The notes beneath the pieces were generated by a model, which ran no database searches, was not told the origin of the DNA, and saw nothing but the letters and a program-made list of their open reading frames with translations. Positions 1-13,363 of a DNA stretch of 64,000 nt are shown piece after piece. Origin of the DNA: Patellaria atrata CBS 101060. Taxonomy: Eukaryota. The DNA is taken from positions 65,628 through 129,627 of the forward strand of contig MU006089.1 in NCBI GenBank assembly GCA_010093705.1. Reading direction: 5' to 3'. A program made the position numbers and the translations under genes. How positions within the stretch are numbered: position 1 is the stretch's first letter; each line of letters opens with the position of its first letter.

Positions 1-1092
1 AATATTTGAAAGACGCAAGTACCACACCAACAAATCAAGCAACAATCGTTGCAGAAGAAATCCTTCCCGAACCACAGCCACCAACGAGTGGCCGTCGCAA
101 GAAGAAAATGCCGCGGAAGAGTAACGCACCTCCACAAACCTTGATGACCCTTGGAGCCAGCAATTTCCGCTTCAATACATCCGCTGGACTTCAGAAGATG
201 GAAGTCTGTTTCACTACCACCGACGAAGGCGAAATTTCGCTTTCTGTCACACCAATATCGGAGGGGATGACCCTCAAAGCAAAGGTACGTCGCCCTTACT
301 GAAGTCAGCGTACAGTATTAATTGCAATAGATGTTTCTCAACGTCGGCGCTAATGGAAAATTCATGGTCCAAGTCAAACCGGACCGATCGAAAATTTTCC
401 CATTCATGAACCTGCCCGCCGAACTCCGCGACAAGATTTACGGCCTTGTCATCGGTGAGAACCAACGAAAGGACATCGACCAATGGTACCGCGAAGAAGT
501 TCCCCTCTTCGTTTTCTTACTCTGGCCAAAAGCCATCAGACAGAAGGGAGTGGGGCAGGCGGCGTTGAACTTATTCCAAGTCAACCAGAAAATCCGCAAG
601 GAAGCTTTTGCCGTCACCATACGTGTAGCCAAGTTCCAGTGCATGGATGTCGGAAATCTCGCGAATTTTCTGAGGGGTATTGAGCTGGACGGACGCCGCT
701 CACTCACCTGGCTGTCGGTAAACTGGAAGGATTCACGGGAAGCCTGGCCAGCTCTTCCCCGTGAAATCACTGCTTCCGGATCGTGGCTGGAAGAGGCTAC
801 AAACTTACTTCAACAATGCAACAGTTTGAAGTATATGGAATTGTATGTTCACAGTCAGCTATGCCAATTCGCTTTCAGGAACGACCCAAAATTTCGTGAG
901 GACAAGAACCTTCTGTACCTGCGAAATCGTGTCGGTGCATTGATGGGAATGGAGGTGTTGGATTTCAACACTTTTCGGCCTAACATCCCTATCAGAGATT
1001 GGATGAGTGAAAAGATGGTGCTTGCACCGCAGCCGAAGCCAAAGGAGAAGAAAGTTCAGAAGGGGAAGAAGCGCAAGTTCGATGAGGATTAG
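1..1092 (+). CDS. Hypothetical protein, 5' truncated, with F-box-like/2EXR-type motif; exons <1-284, 331-1092
   Basis: ORFs 6-302 and 331-1092 join in frame across GT-AG intron 285-330; motif FPFMNLPAELRDKIY; basic C-terminal tail. Confidence 0.7.
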
Positions 1093-1395
1093 ACGGAGCA
1101 TGTTGAGTAGAGGAGATTGTCCATCTTATGTTGTACAGTACGAAGCAAAAGGAGGTTGAGATGGAGTACCACGAGGTACATAGTAAGGAAGGGATTGATT
1201 TCTGTTGATTTGATCTGAGGAGTCAGAAGTAATGAAAGGTCGCCTTCGGAACAGTTGGCCTAGATAGAGAATCATGATGTCTTATACCTATGCATTTTTC
1301 TTCTCTCACAGTTGAACATGAGGTGAGGTTCCTATAGTCTGTCGTCCGTGTTGCAGGAATCGCGTCAGGTTTCCTTGGCGTACAAAAGAAACTAT

Positions 1396-1427
1396 CACGT
1401 GACCTTACGACGCGTTTTCACACGAAA
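1396..1427. promoter_or_regulatory. Clustered E-box (CACGTG), MCB (ACGCGT) and SCB (CACGAAA) motifs upstream of septin gene
   Basis: CACGTG 1396-1401, ACGCGT 1410-1415, CACGAAA 1421-1427; function inferred only. Confidence 0.35.
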
Positions 1428-2194
1428 CTTGGAATCTACAATAATAAGTGAAGTGATGGGTGGGTTTTATGCAGAGATTATGTTCTGAGGCGCATTAATT
1501 TTGTCTTTGGGTTATGATCGCTATGATGGTTTTCCGAAGAACAAATAGCTTCAATAATGTACAGTGCAGACTACAAAACTAGGTAAGGTACAGAGAAACG
1601 AGAAAGGAGCTTTTTTGGGGGAAACAGGGATTAAGGAGAGGTCAAATTAGGACTAGGGGCTTCATCCATTCAACGGCTGCAAAACAGCATCAGTCCCCCT
1701 TGGTCCCTGCCTTCCCTTGGTGGATGCTGCTTGTGCGGCCTTGGCATCGCCTGTCACCTCTCCATAGGCCAAAGGAGGGACCCCTTTCCCTTTTCCACAA
1801 CCCATAGGAAAAAGAAGAAAGAAGGAGAAAGTTGTTGAACGGCATCCACCGACAACAACACCTTATTCTTTCCTTCCTCACCATTTGATTCATCTCACAA
1901 ATCACCTAACCGGAGTGGACGTCACGGTCCATAAGACTGTTACAAAATAATTCTCTCGCTCCCATAGCATCACCTCTACCTGCACCTCTCGCATTCGAGT
2001 GCTGTCTTTGTTGGCCCGTAAGGATACATCCACCCAAATCCTCTTTTTCCCCGTGTCACATCTCCCTCAATTCCTAGAGAAGCAATCAAGCCGGTCTCGA
2101 ATCTGAATCTCGACGCGCATGCTGACATTGGTGCTTCTTCTCTAGAATCCTCGTCCGCTCACGGTCAACCTCATCACTCTGTTAATCCGTCATT

Positions 2195-3912
2195 ATGGGT
2201 AAGAATTGACTCTCCTACACAGCCTTATGAGATGTCCAAGTATCTCCACAACTCCTCGAAAAACACGTCTGCACAATCTTATGGCGGTGTAATGTTTTGT
2301 GGTGCATGACAGCAATTGTATCCTGCGCCTTCGCTCGAATCACAATCGGCTGACGTCTTCACCTCTCTCGAATATGCAACTAACTCTAGATATCGTGTAG
2401 CTGCTAACGGTGTTCCAACCTCTCCCCCGGCAAGAGCTTCTCCGGTCCCGTCGGCGCTTCCAAACGGTAAACCTGCTTCTCCGTATGTTGAACGCAGCAA
2501 CCCTATGCCCAACGGTCAGGGCGCCGCTCCGCAACCGCAAACCGTCACCTCAAAAGATCCAAAGGCCGCGGCCCAAGCAGCGAGTGATATGAGAAACATT
2601 GTACGCCGAAAATTGACTGGATATGTCGGTTTTGCGAACTTGCCAAACCAATGGCACCGTAAGAGTGTCAGGAAGGGCTTCAACTTCAACGTCATGGTAG
2701 TTGGTACGTCTAGAATAAATCACACATGTGATATGTCCACATAATTTAACAATCAACTAGGCGAATCTGGTCTTGGAAAGTCAACACTTGTCAACACGCT
2801 ATTCAATACATCCCTCTACCCACCAAAGGAGCGCAAACCACCAACCGTTGACATCATCCCGAAGACCGTTTCTATTCAGTCTATAAGCGCAGATATTGAG
2901 GAGAATGGTGTTCGTTTGCGTCTTACAGTTGTCGATACACCTGGTTTTGGTGATTTCGTGAACAATGATGATTCGTGGCGCCCAATCGTGGAAAACATAG
3001 AGCAACGGTTTGACGCATACCTCGACGCTGAAAACAAGGTCAACCGTATGAACATCGTTGATAACCGTATTCACGCGTGTGTCTACTTCATTCAACCAAC
3101 TGGTCACTCCTTGAAGCCTTTGGATGTTGAGGTTATGCGCCGACTTCATACCAAGGTCAACTTGATCCCAGTAATTGCCAAGGCAGATACTTTGACGGAT
3201 GAGGAGATCACAGCTTTCAAACAAAGGGTATGTATCTTCCAGTTTTTCTTCGAGTCATAACTAATGAATGAATAAGATCCTTGCAGACATCCAGTATCAC
3301 AATATTCACATTTTCGAAGGTCCACGATACGAACTTGATGATGAGGAGACGATTGCCGAAAATAACGAAATCATGTCCAAGGTTCCATTTGCCGTTGTTG
3401 GTGCTAATGCCGAAGTTACTTCGCCAGAAGGTCGCAAGGTTCGCGGTCGCCGCTATCCTTGGGGTATCATTGAGGTTGATAATGAAGATCACTGCGACTT
3501 CGTCAAACTCCGACAAATGCTCATCCGTACACATATGGAAGAGCTCAAGGAGCACACAAACAACGCACTGTACGAGAACTACAGATCCGACAAGCTTACC
3601 GCGATGGGTGTCCAACAAGACGCAAGTGTTTTCAAGGAAGTCAACCCGGCTGTCAAACAGGAAGAGGAGCGCTCACTTCACGAAGCCAAGCTTGCAAAGA
3701 TGGAAGCAGAGATGAAGATGGTCTTCCAGCAGAAGGTCGCAGAGAAGGAGAGTAAACTGCGACAAAGTGAAGAAGAACTATACGCGAGACACAGAGAGAT
3801 GAAGGAACAGCTAGACCGACAGAGACAAGATCTGGAAGACAAGAAGCAGAGAATCGAGAGTGGACGACCTCTGGAGGAGAAAGGCAAGAGAAAGGGTTTC
3901 TCGCTCCGCTAA
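2195..3912 (+). CDS. CDC3: Septin, Cdc3/AspB subgroup; exons 2195-2198, 2401-2703, 2761-3227, 3277-3912
   Basis: [29 protein letters not shown]-loop GESGLGKST (rebuilt across intron), DTPG, AKAD, GRRYPWG, C-terminal coiled coil; probable 5'UTR intron 2018-2145. Confidence 0.95.
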
Positions 3913-4281
3913 GGTGGGGTATTGCATCTCTCTTTATAACCTCTCGAGGAGAAGCGCATTCCTTCTCTACCCGGTGGTCGTCGAAGCTGAAAAGGCGTTT
4001 CTCTTCGTTAACATGTTCGTCTGTATGACCTTTAATACACTATGCCCCTTCCTGGCTTCACTGGATTCCTATTCGGGAGGGGTATATCCACGCGATAGGT
4101 GATTACCAGCACTTTTCTCAGATCCTCTACTTTGATCGTTAGGTGTCACATTGGGTTAAATCTTGGCCTTAAAGAGATTTGAGGGGTCTCTTCTGTTCTT
4201 TTGTGTTTTTTCTTGCTGATGCCGCTAATTGATACCTGTTGCACTCATACATAACCCTTTCTTTTTTCCGGCTTGAGGTCT

Positions 4282-4303
4282 GAAAAAAAAAAGAAAAAAA
4301 AAA
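4282..4303 (+). repeat. A-rich low-complexity tract
   Basis: Two long A runs separated by a single G, downstream of the septin gene. Confidence 0.8.
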
Positions 4304-5246
4304 GAAATTCACGTGTTGCGGATGGGATCTTGCTGAAGTGAGCGAGGGGGTTTGTGTATGGAATGACAGGCTTCATATGTGGGCGAGAGATTCACACCGA
4401 TAAATTGATTTCCGATCTATGTATTCTACTTACATCTTAGCGATAGTCGAATTAGGTGTTTCTTTTGTACATCTTGGATGTCTTTGCTCTCTGATTGTCG
4501 TGTATAAAGAAGATGTTATTCCATGACTCTTCGTGTAGGTAAGGTAATACGAGTACTGTCTCGCGCCTGAGAACAAATTACACTCATAGCCCAGGTTGCT
4601 GTAGTAGCTTAGAAAACAAGGTAATATTCTGTGATCATCGGATATTATAGGTTTCGACTAAATAGGACATGTGAAAATGAATGCCTAGAATAAGTTAGGA
4701 TTCGTTATCTAGCAGTGAAAGGTAAAGTGGAGGGAGGTGTTCGGTCATCGGTTCCCATCAGCCGCCTATTTCGTCACCGTGCAAAGTCGAAAACCTCGTA
4801 GCTAGAGTTGACGGTGTGCCTTGCTTTCCGACACACAAATCTGATAACGTACAACCACAGTCAACACCACGAAAACGATATTTTGTCCTTTATCCTCACA
4901 TCTACAGCAACACCTTCTTGTCTACTGCATTCAATTCATAAATCGTAACCGCAAAGCACCCGCAATCGCAGGAGAGAGCATCGTCAATCAAGACACACGT
5001 GCGCGCCATTTCCCACCTCAGGTAAGAAACCCAGCCACGCAATACCATCAACGGCCAGGTGTTCTCTCTTCACCAGCATTCATTTTCTTGTCAAGTCTTT
5101 CCCGACTCAGAATCACGACCTCACTTTCTAGGCTGCAGCCCTGTGCATATATTTATACCTGTAAAACCACACCTCGACTGAGCTAACGTCGACTTCCAGA
5201 TTCCTTTTCAGCTCCAACTCTCAAACCTCAACCCACAACCCACAAC

Positions 5247-6147
5247 ATGGCACCCCCACCTCCGGCCACACTACCTTTGCAGCAGAGATTAATCCAACTA
5301 GCTCAAACCTTACAATTCGCATGGTTCGCTGGTCACCTAACACTCTTATTCTGCGCCTTCCGTTATGGTCTTTCCTACATTACGTTCCACTTCAACTCTA
5401 GATGGGCCAAATTCTCTTACCGAACCGCCTTCATTGCGGCATCTGTAACTTACGGAATCGTTGTCTACAAGGCTTATCGAGCTCGGATCCGAGCTGGCAA
5501 GCAAGGTGGAGCTCTTGGACTCCTCGCCGACGAGAATGTGCAATATTTAGGTATGTGTCCATTTATTGGTGGTTCGATCATTGTGAAAGTCTAACTTGTT
5601 AAAACTAGGCATGGCTCTCGTCTGGCTATTCTCCCGTCAAATCCCTCTTGCCATTCTACCTTTCGCAGTCTACTCCGTCTTCCACGTTGCTACCTACACC
5701 AGGAACAACCTGCTTCCAGTCATCGCCCCTCCCCAGCATACTGCCAACGCTCCAGGTGCCAAGCCTAAACAATCAGCCTTGTCTGACGCCATCGGCAAGT
5801 TTGTTAAGGAATATTATGACAGCAGTATGACTCTCGTCGCTATTCTTGAAATTTTTCTTTGGTTCCGTATTCTCGGGTCTGCTCTCATTTTCCAAAAAGG
5901 ATCATGGATCCTACTCGGCATTTATACCGTCTTCTTCCGCGCTCGTTATTCTCAAAGCAACTTCGTTCAAGGCGCAATCACCCACATGACTGCTCGCATT
6001 GATGATGGCGCGGCAAACCAAAATATCCCCCCGGTCATCAGACAAGGATGGGGTGGGTTCAAGGGTTTCTTGAAGCAAGCTGCTGATGCTACTGATATCA
6101 CCAAGTACGTCAACAACCAACCCACTGCTCCGAAGAAAGCGCAGTAG
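5247..6147 (+). CDS. POM33: Pom33/Tts1 (TMEM33) family ER/nuclear pore membrane protein; exons 5247-5550, 5609-6147
   Basis: LQFAWFAGH, DENVQYL-GMALVWL, PFAVYSVFHVATY, FFRARYSQS; several hydrophobic helices; in-frame intron 5551-5608. Confidence 0.88.
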
Positions 6148-6497
6148 ATACCAATCCAACGAGACCTATGATTGCCGATGATGGTTTACGACCGGATGTC
6201 AGGGGTACATGAACCGGAACATTGGAACAGTATTTGAACAAGCGGATTGGGTCATAGGGGAAGCGAGAAAGAGAACGTCATATGGACATTCTTACTAAGA
6301 AAGCCACACAAAGGACTCGAGGATAGGAATTGAGATTGAGGTCTGGGCTATAAAGTAGAGTTGATCCGATTATGCAGATGATGAAAATGCCTCTACTCGG
6401 GAGAGTGCGTTTGGGGTTTTCCATATCTTGTTAGTCCCTGTTGAGCGTTCTTTCAGTTCCCTCTTCTAAATGTATTGTCTAGGCAAGGTAGTATATG

Positions 6498-6597
6498 NNN
6501 NNNNNNNNNNNNNNNNNNNNNNNNNNNNNNNNNNNNNNNNNNNNNNNNNNNNNNNNNNNNNNNNNNNNNNNNNNNNNNNNNNNNNNNNNNNNNNNNN
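6498..6597. other. Assembly gap (100 N) followed by poly-A run
   Basis: Run of N, then a long A tract starting at 6598. Confidence 1.
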
Positions 6598-7765
6598 AAA
6601 AAAAAAAAAAAAAAAAAAAGATAAAAGAAAACGCTTTCAGGAAAATTGCACAGATGAGTTGATTTAGCGTTTATAAGAATCATGAGATATTGCTTGCTTG
6701 AATCCATCATGACTGACGTCTCTCTTTACCTACTGTATTCACATCCAGCTACCGAAGATCTGCTCCAGGGGTATATTTTTCGTGCCGAATTATCGATGCA
6801 GCTTCATCTCCACATAACAGCATAGCTGCAAGCTGCAATTTTGGACACGCTCCTACCTTAAGTAGCATGATTCCGAAGCGGTGAATGACTTTCCAATTAC
6901 TGTAGGTGTCTTGTGCTGTAGAGTTGTGTAAATTGTCCCTACGTTGACATCTATGAGACATTAAAGGACGGCATCGAGTGCATCTCTTAAGTCTTGAGAA
7001 GGTTGATTGTTGTCAGTATGTATAAAGTATTTATTTTGATAGATGAGGTGTGGTGCCTGCAGGGTGGGGAAAAGGGTTGCTGCACAACTTCATCGGCCCA
7101 TTCGATTTCTTTAACTTGAGCCTCCAGGGGTGTATCACCATCCCATTAAATTTCCTGAGCCGCATGTACCTCTAGGTATAGTGAATAAGGTGGTGGAGGA
7201 GGCAGTTCTATGATATATCTAAAGGTACTGTACAATTGATTGATGGAATAAGCGAGGTATTCTAATAAGAAGACGGACTGCCGGAATCGAGTTAATATCA
7301 CGTTGTTTGCGCGGAGAATTCGCTGACTCTAGAAGATTGAATCATACACCGATGTCTCTGCTAGCAAGCGATGCCAGCAAATAGTAAACCAACGGGCTGA
7401 ACTTTTGCGTTTGCGATGCATGAGATTGTCGCACGCCACCGCATTGGTGTTGTCAGCTCTGGCCTCAACGCTGAGCTGTGTACTTATCTGAGGCTACTGT
7501 ACTGCGTGCGGTATGTAGGTGAGCGTAGTCTCAGTTTGTACTGTACCTGTGTCGACTCAAGTCCTTAATAAGACTTAAAGTTAGCTTTGTCTATTTTTTC
7601 TCCCTCATGACAAGTACAGTACATTGCATTGTTCCTCACCCACCCCTCTCGATTATTGCACGCCTGACTCCCACTCCAGGTGCTCGCCGCATATAAACGT
7701 CACTTCGGCCCCTACCTGAATTGGGGGGGGCGTGGTGATGGACAGAATCACACTCGTTATCGCAA

Positions 7766-8634
7766 ATGGCACCTGGAAGGAAGTTGTCGTTTGAGTCAAT
7801 CGGGGAGGAAGAGGATTACATGGCCACCTTCGTGCCTCTCTCCAGTTTGCCCACTCCGCCCTCGGCCTCAAAGCAAACGCGAGAGGAGAAGATGTCTGAA
7901 GATATAGACATGGAAGATGTCTCCATGATAGATTTAGCAGGTAAGAATGGTTTAAGCGAAGTCTACAAGTAATATGACGTTTGACATTCCATACAGGACC
8001 CGCTACACATCTTGCCAACTTGGTCCCATCCGGAGTCTGCCCAAGTGGACCTTCACCAACGGTGATTTATACTTATCTCACTCGCTCTGAGCTTCCTCTC
8101 CAAACGATCGCCTTGGCTTCTTGTGTTCTCGATTCTTTGAGCAGACGTTTCCCACGTAATTGGAGAGAAGCGATGACCGAAGCTTCTCAACCACCACCCG
8201 GCGCTCAAGATATTCCCTCTTTGTCTATCGCGTCCCTCAAGGATCTGTCTGGACTGACGGTTCCATTACCAAAGGCACAGCTCGTAGTTCTCGCAGCACT
8301 CTCCATAGCATCAAGCTACCTGGATGACGTTTCCTCTCCAACGGACTACTGGTGCTGGCTAGCAAGAGATAAGTTCAGTGCAAGACAGATCAATTCCACC
8401 ATTCGTTGCATGCTCATAGATATCGATTACTGTCTTCACACGTTCACTCCAGATATGATCGAAGAATACAAGGCCGATATGCGCAGAGCTGGTGGTTATG
8501 TGAGCGAAAGTCTGGCTTCCGTTAGCAGCGCTGTTGCGGCAGCGACGGAGAAGTCCCAGAAATCGAATCTCTCCTTAAGCAAGAGCGTTGAAGTCAATGG
8601 GCTCTTGACGCCGTTACCAAGTCCGCCATGCTGA
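7766..8634 (+). CDS. Cyclin-fold protein, probably Pho85-cyclin (Pcl/Clg1)-like; exons 7766-7940, 7997-8634
   Basis: Cyclin-box-like YLTRSELPLQTIALASCVLD...VLAALSIASSYLDD...W...INSTIRCMLIDIDYCL; PTPP and LTPLPSPP phospho-motifs; in-frame intron 7941-7996. Confidence 0.7.
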
Positions 8635-9648
8635 GAATGCTAATTACAGATGGAGGACATTTTGAGATTGTGCGTCTGCTCGCTCTCTGTTAAAAGGTCT
8701 CGGGGCGCAAAAGGATTTGGGACGAAAGTGGTCGAGATTCCATTGCTTGTTAGCGCATGATACCCCATTGTCCGATTTCTACTTTATTTCCTATCTTTTC
8801 GGAATTGCACATTACGGAGGCAATGTATGGTTCTTTCCAGTGAGGACAGTCTATGACTGGTCTCTGTCTGTTTTTGGTAGATGACCAGCACGGTATGCAT
8901 ACATGGAGCACCATCTGCTCATATCTTCTCATTATCACGATGTGTGCTTTTCTTGTCACTAGTACTAGGCGTACAGTACATTTGTACATAGTGGTCAATT
9001 TATGTACTACATCGTCATCACTACGATTTGTGGGAGCGTACTGTACTGTACAGTGCAAAGTGACAACAAGCGAAGAAAGGCATGGCGAGGGAAGCGATAA
9101 ACAAAGCCAGACGGGGCCCTGACGATCCCATTTGCTATCTCCCAAGTGCGGCGTGAATTTGACCGCCGTTATGACGATCCTATACAGGAAAGTCAGTTCC
9201 AGCAAGTTGATAACGCGCAGGGGGGATTGTACCTAAGGTACCTCGTACTGTAAACCGTTTTTCAACGGCGGGTGACTAACAAAGACGGTTAGTGATCCTA
9301 AGCTGGAAGGTACGAGCTAGCAAAAGACTGTGTATGCGGCCAAGGGATCGTGACTGCTGTTAATGCTGTTGGGAGAGTGTAAAAGGTAAGTGCCAGGCAA
9401 ATGTAATGTCATTTTCAAACCAGAAGGAGCCACCCCACCATGCCCTCTGATATCGTCCAGAACTAGGATAACAACTCCGTCGCGGGGTTCATCTCTCTAC
9501 TCCACCAACAGTTCCCCGCCAACAACAAAATCATTCCGTCAAAGAGCTCCGATTGCTCTAAGACCGCTCCTACCTTATCCTTTAAGGTAACCTAGCCGTC
9601 CTTTCTTGAACTCATCCTACTTTCCTTCATTCATCAATTGTTAGAACA

Positions 9649-12600
9649 ATGGCCAACGTTGTTACCCCTTCTCGCGAGCGGAGTGATCCTCTCAACCATC
9701 AGCGCCGCCCCTCCATCAGTGCTCCGCTGGACATCCAAGGTCCTGTTGGTCCGGGCTTCTCGAGACCAAAACACAAGAGAACCGTCACTGGTTTCGGACC
9801 TGCAGAGATCAAGAGCGTCGAAGCTAGCATTCCAGAACCCCAACGTGAAGCGTGAGTTGTTTGCTTCATTCTGTACCCTTTCTTCAGCTAACAGCATCTA
9901 CAGATGGAAGAAATTCGTATGTTCGGACTTCCACTATACCTTGAGGGGTACTTCAGGTATTGGACCTGAGCTGACGAGTTGAACAGACCCCAAAGCCCTT
10001 CACTACAAAGGAGGAGTTTGGCGTGAGTAAATATCTATTTCGAACATGAAAAAGGATCAGCGGGCTGAATAATTGATAGAAAGAAACTGTTCGTCACATC
10101 GAGACGACTCTTGCCCGTTCCCTCTGGAATTGCGATGAAGGGCATGAATACACTCTGTGTCTTATAATCTGTACGAACACTAACAGGTCAATTATAGAGC
10201 CGCATATTCTGGCACAGCGCTTGCCTTCCGAGACCGCTTGATTCTCGATTGGAACAAGACACAGCAGAACCAAACATTCACGGACCCGAAGAGAATCTAC
10301 TGTAAGTATTATTAGTTATCTAATTCAATCCCACTGCGGTCGCTCACAAAGTTGTCAGATCTCTCTCTTGAATTTTTGATGGGAAGAGCACTTGATAATG
10401 CCATGCTCAATGTTGGTGCAAAGGATATTGCCCGAGGTAATAACCCCTTGCCCAGCATTTTTGGGACAGATTTGCTGATTTGAAATACGGCAGAGGGGCT
10501 TGCGGATCTCGGTTTCCGCATGGAAGACATCATCAAACAAGAACATGATGCTGCCCTGGGTAACGGTGGTTTGGGCCGTCTCGCCGCATGCTTCCTAGAC
10601 AGTATGGCCTCGTTGAATTATCCCGCCTGGGGTTACGGCCTGAGATACAGATACGGCATCTTCAAGCAGGAGATTGTCGATGGATATCAAGTTGAGGTCC
10701 CCGACTACTGGTTAGACTTCAATCCTTGGGAGTTTCCCAGACATGATATTACTGTCAATATCCAGTTCTATGGTAGCGTGAGGAAATGGCAGTGTGTAGA
10801 CACTCAATCTGTTTTTGTTGAATTATCAGGACTGACAAATGACACAGAGATGAGGATGGCAAGCAGCAAAGTGCTTGGGAAAACGGTGAAATTGTACAGG
10901 CCGTTGCATATGACGTACCAAGTAAGTCCCCTCGAAAATTGACGATGATCTGCGGGTCACTCTTTTCTAACAATTTTCAGTCCCCGGATTCTCTACGTCT
11001 ACTACCAACAATCTGCGACTTTGGTCAAGCAAGGCTTCCGGAGGAGAGTTTGATTTCCAGAAGTTCAACTCGGGTGAATACGAGAGCTCCGTTGCAGACC
11101 AACAGAGAGCCGAGACCATATCTGCCGTCTTGTACCCCAACGATAAGTAAGTAAAAGTCTATAGTATGGGTCTGAATATGTTCTAACGGCACATAAAGCC
11201 TCGAACGGGGCAAAGAACTCCGTCTGAAGCAGCAGTACTTCTGGTGCGCTGCATCCCTGTTCGACATTGTCCGCAGATTCAAGAAGACCAAGAGATCATG
11301 GGCAGACTTCCCCAATCAGGTTGCTATTCAGCTCAATGACACACATCCAACTCTCGCTATCCCAGAACTTCAGCGTATTCTCGTAGATATCGAAGGTCTG
11401 GATTGGGATGAAGCTTGGAGCAGTAAGTTAGTTGTCCTAGTATATGTTACCCAAAATCTAACAATGAATAATAGTCGTCACGAAGACCTTTGGCTACACT
11501 AACCACACCGTCCTCCCAGAGGCGCTTGAGAAGTGGTCAGTTCCACTGATGCAATGGCTCCTCCCTCGTCATCTGCAGATCATTTATGATATTAACTTGC
11601 ACTTCTTACAATTTGTGGAACGAAACTTCCCCAAGGACCGTGATCTACTGGGTCGCGTCTCGATCATTGAGGAGTCCCAGCCGAAGATGGTTCGTATGGC
11701 ATATCTCGCTCTCATTGGTTCGCACAAGGTCAACGGTGTGGCTGAGTTGCACTCGGACCTAATCAAGACGACAATTTTCAGAGACTTCGTCAGCATCTAT
11801 GGACCGGATAAGTTTACTAATGTCACGAACGGAATTACACCTAGGCGATGGTTACACCAGGCCAATCCACGTCTGTCAGATCTAATCGCCAGTAAGCTCG
11901 GTGGCCATGATTTCCTCAAGGATCTCACCATTCTCCACAAACTCGAACAATACGTCGACGACAAGGATTTCCGTAAGGAGTGGCAAGAAATCAAGCATGC
12001 CAACAAGGTCCGCTTGGCCAAACACATCAAAGAGACTCAGGGTATCAGTGTGAACCCGTCTGCTCTCTTTGACATTCAAGTCAAACGTATCCACGAGTAT
12101 AAGAGGCAACAACTCAACATCTTTGGTGTGATCCACCGGTATCTGCAACTCAAGTCGATGGCACCGGAAGAGCGCAAGAAGCTCGTTCCGCGCGTCGTTA
12201 TCTTCGGCGGTAAGGCTGCCCCGGGTTACTGGATGGCAAAGACTGTTATCCATCTCATCAACAAAGTCGGTGGTGTCATCAACAATGACAAGGACGTCGG
12301 GGATTTGTTAAAGGTTATCTTCCTCGAAGATTACAACGTCAGTAAGGCGGAAATTATCTGTCCTGCTTCCGATATCAGCGAGCACATCTCCACAGCCGGA
12401 ACGGAAGCTTCAGGCACCAGCAACATGAAATTCGTCCTCAACGGAGGTCTCATCATCGGTACATGCGACGGTGCAAACGTAAGTTAACAGCTCCCGTCGT
12501 GAGCATCTTGTGTCCAATTATCACTTACTCATATACCTCTTAGATCGAGATCACTCGTGAAATCGGCGAGAGCAACATCTTCCTCTTCGGTAACCTTGCC

Positions 12601-12954
12601 GAGGACGTCGAAGACCTCCGCCACAGTCATCTCTATGGTGATTACCAGCTTGACCCTGCCCTCAACAAAGTCTTTGACGAGATCAAGAAGGGTACTTTTG
12701 GCGACGCGGGCGCCTTCACCGCGCTCATCAACGGTATTGTCGAGCACGGTGATTATTATCTCGTGTCTGATGACTTTGCATCCTACTGCAAGACGCACGA
12801 GTTGATCGATGAAGCATACAAGAATCAGGAGGAGTGGTTGACTAAGAGTATCACGAGTGTTGCGAGAATGGGATTCTTCTCAAGCGATAGGTGTATTGAT
12901 GAGTATGCGGAGACAATTTGGAATATTGAGCCGCTTATGCCTGAAAAGGAGTAG
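9649..12954 (+). CDS. GPH1: Glycogen phosphorylase; 12 exons (9649-9851, 9904-9916, 9987-10022, 10080-10141, 10198-10301, 10359-10436, 10494-10791, 10848-10921, 10981-11146, 11199-11422, 11475-12478, 12544-12954)
   Basis: [46 protein letters not shown] site [18 protein letters not shown]-terminal KRTVTGF. Confidence 0.97.
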
Positions 12955-13363
12955 ACGGTTTAAGATGAATCGCTTCCCGCGACTCTTGTGTCATACCCTT
13001 TCTTAGTCATATGCATTGCATCAAGCTGCCTGGTTCCTTTATCCCCTTTAAATTTGACCCCTGAAGTTGTGGAAGTAGAGGGTACAGCCATACTAGAGTT
13101 CCATAGCTAGATAATCTAAATCGAAGATGAGTCAATACTGCAGGATTGGTGACCTGGATGGATTTTTGGTGAATGGATACTAGACAATTGATGTTGATAG
13201 CAATAGAGAACTGTATCGCTCTGCCTACATCCTTCTCCGGACCTTATACACTCTTCTTCACTACTGTACAGTCTGCCAGAGCCCGGCTCCCAGCTCTCAT
13301 TCACGCTGCTCTCTCACCACCCGCACTCTTGTCTCTAGTCATACACATCCAACCCATTTCCTC

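Noticed and set aside
6453..6710. ORFs spanning the N gap and poly-A
   Set aside because: Artefacts of translating through Ns; no recognisable retroelement sequence next to the poly-A
8750..9205. 151-aa minus-strand ORF between the cyclin and GPH1
   Set aside because: Non-ATG start, no motif, lies in motif-rich UTR/promoter DNA
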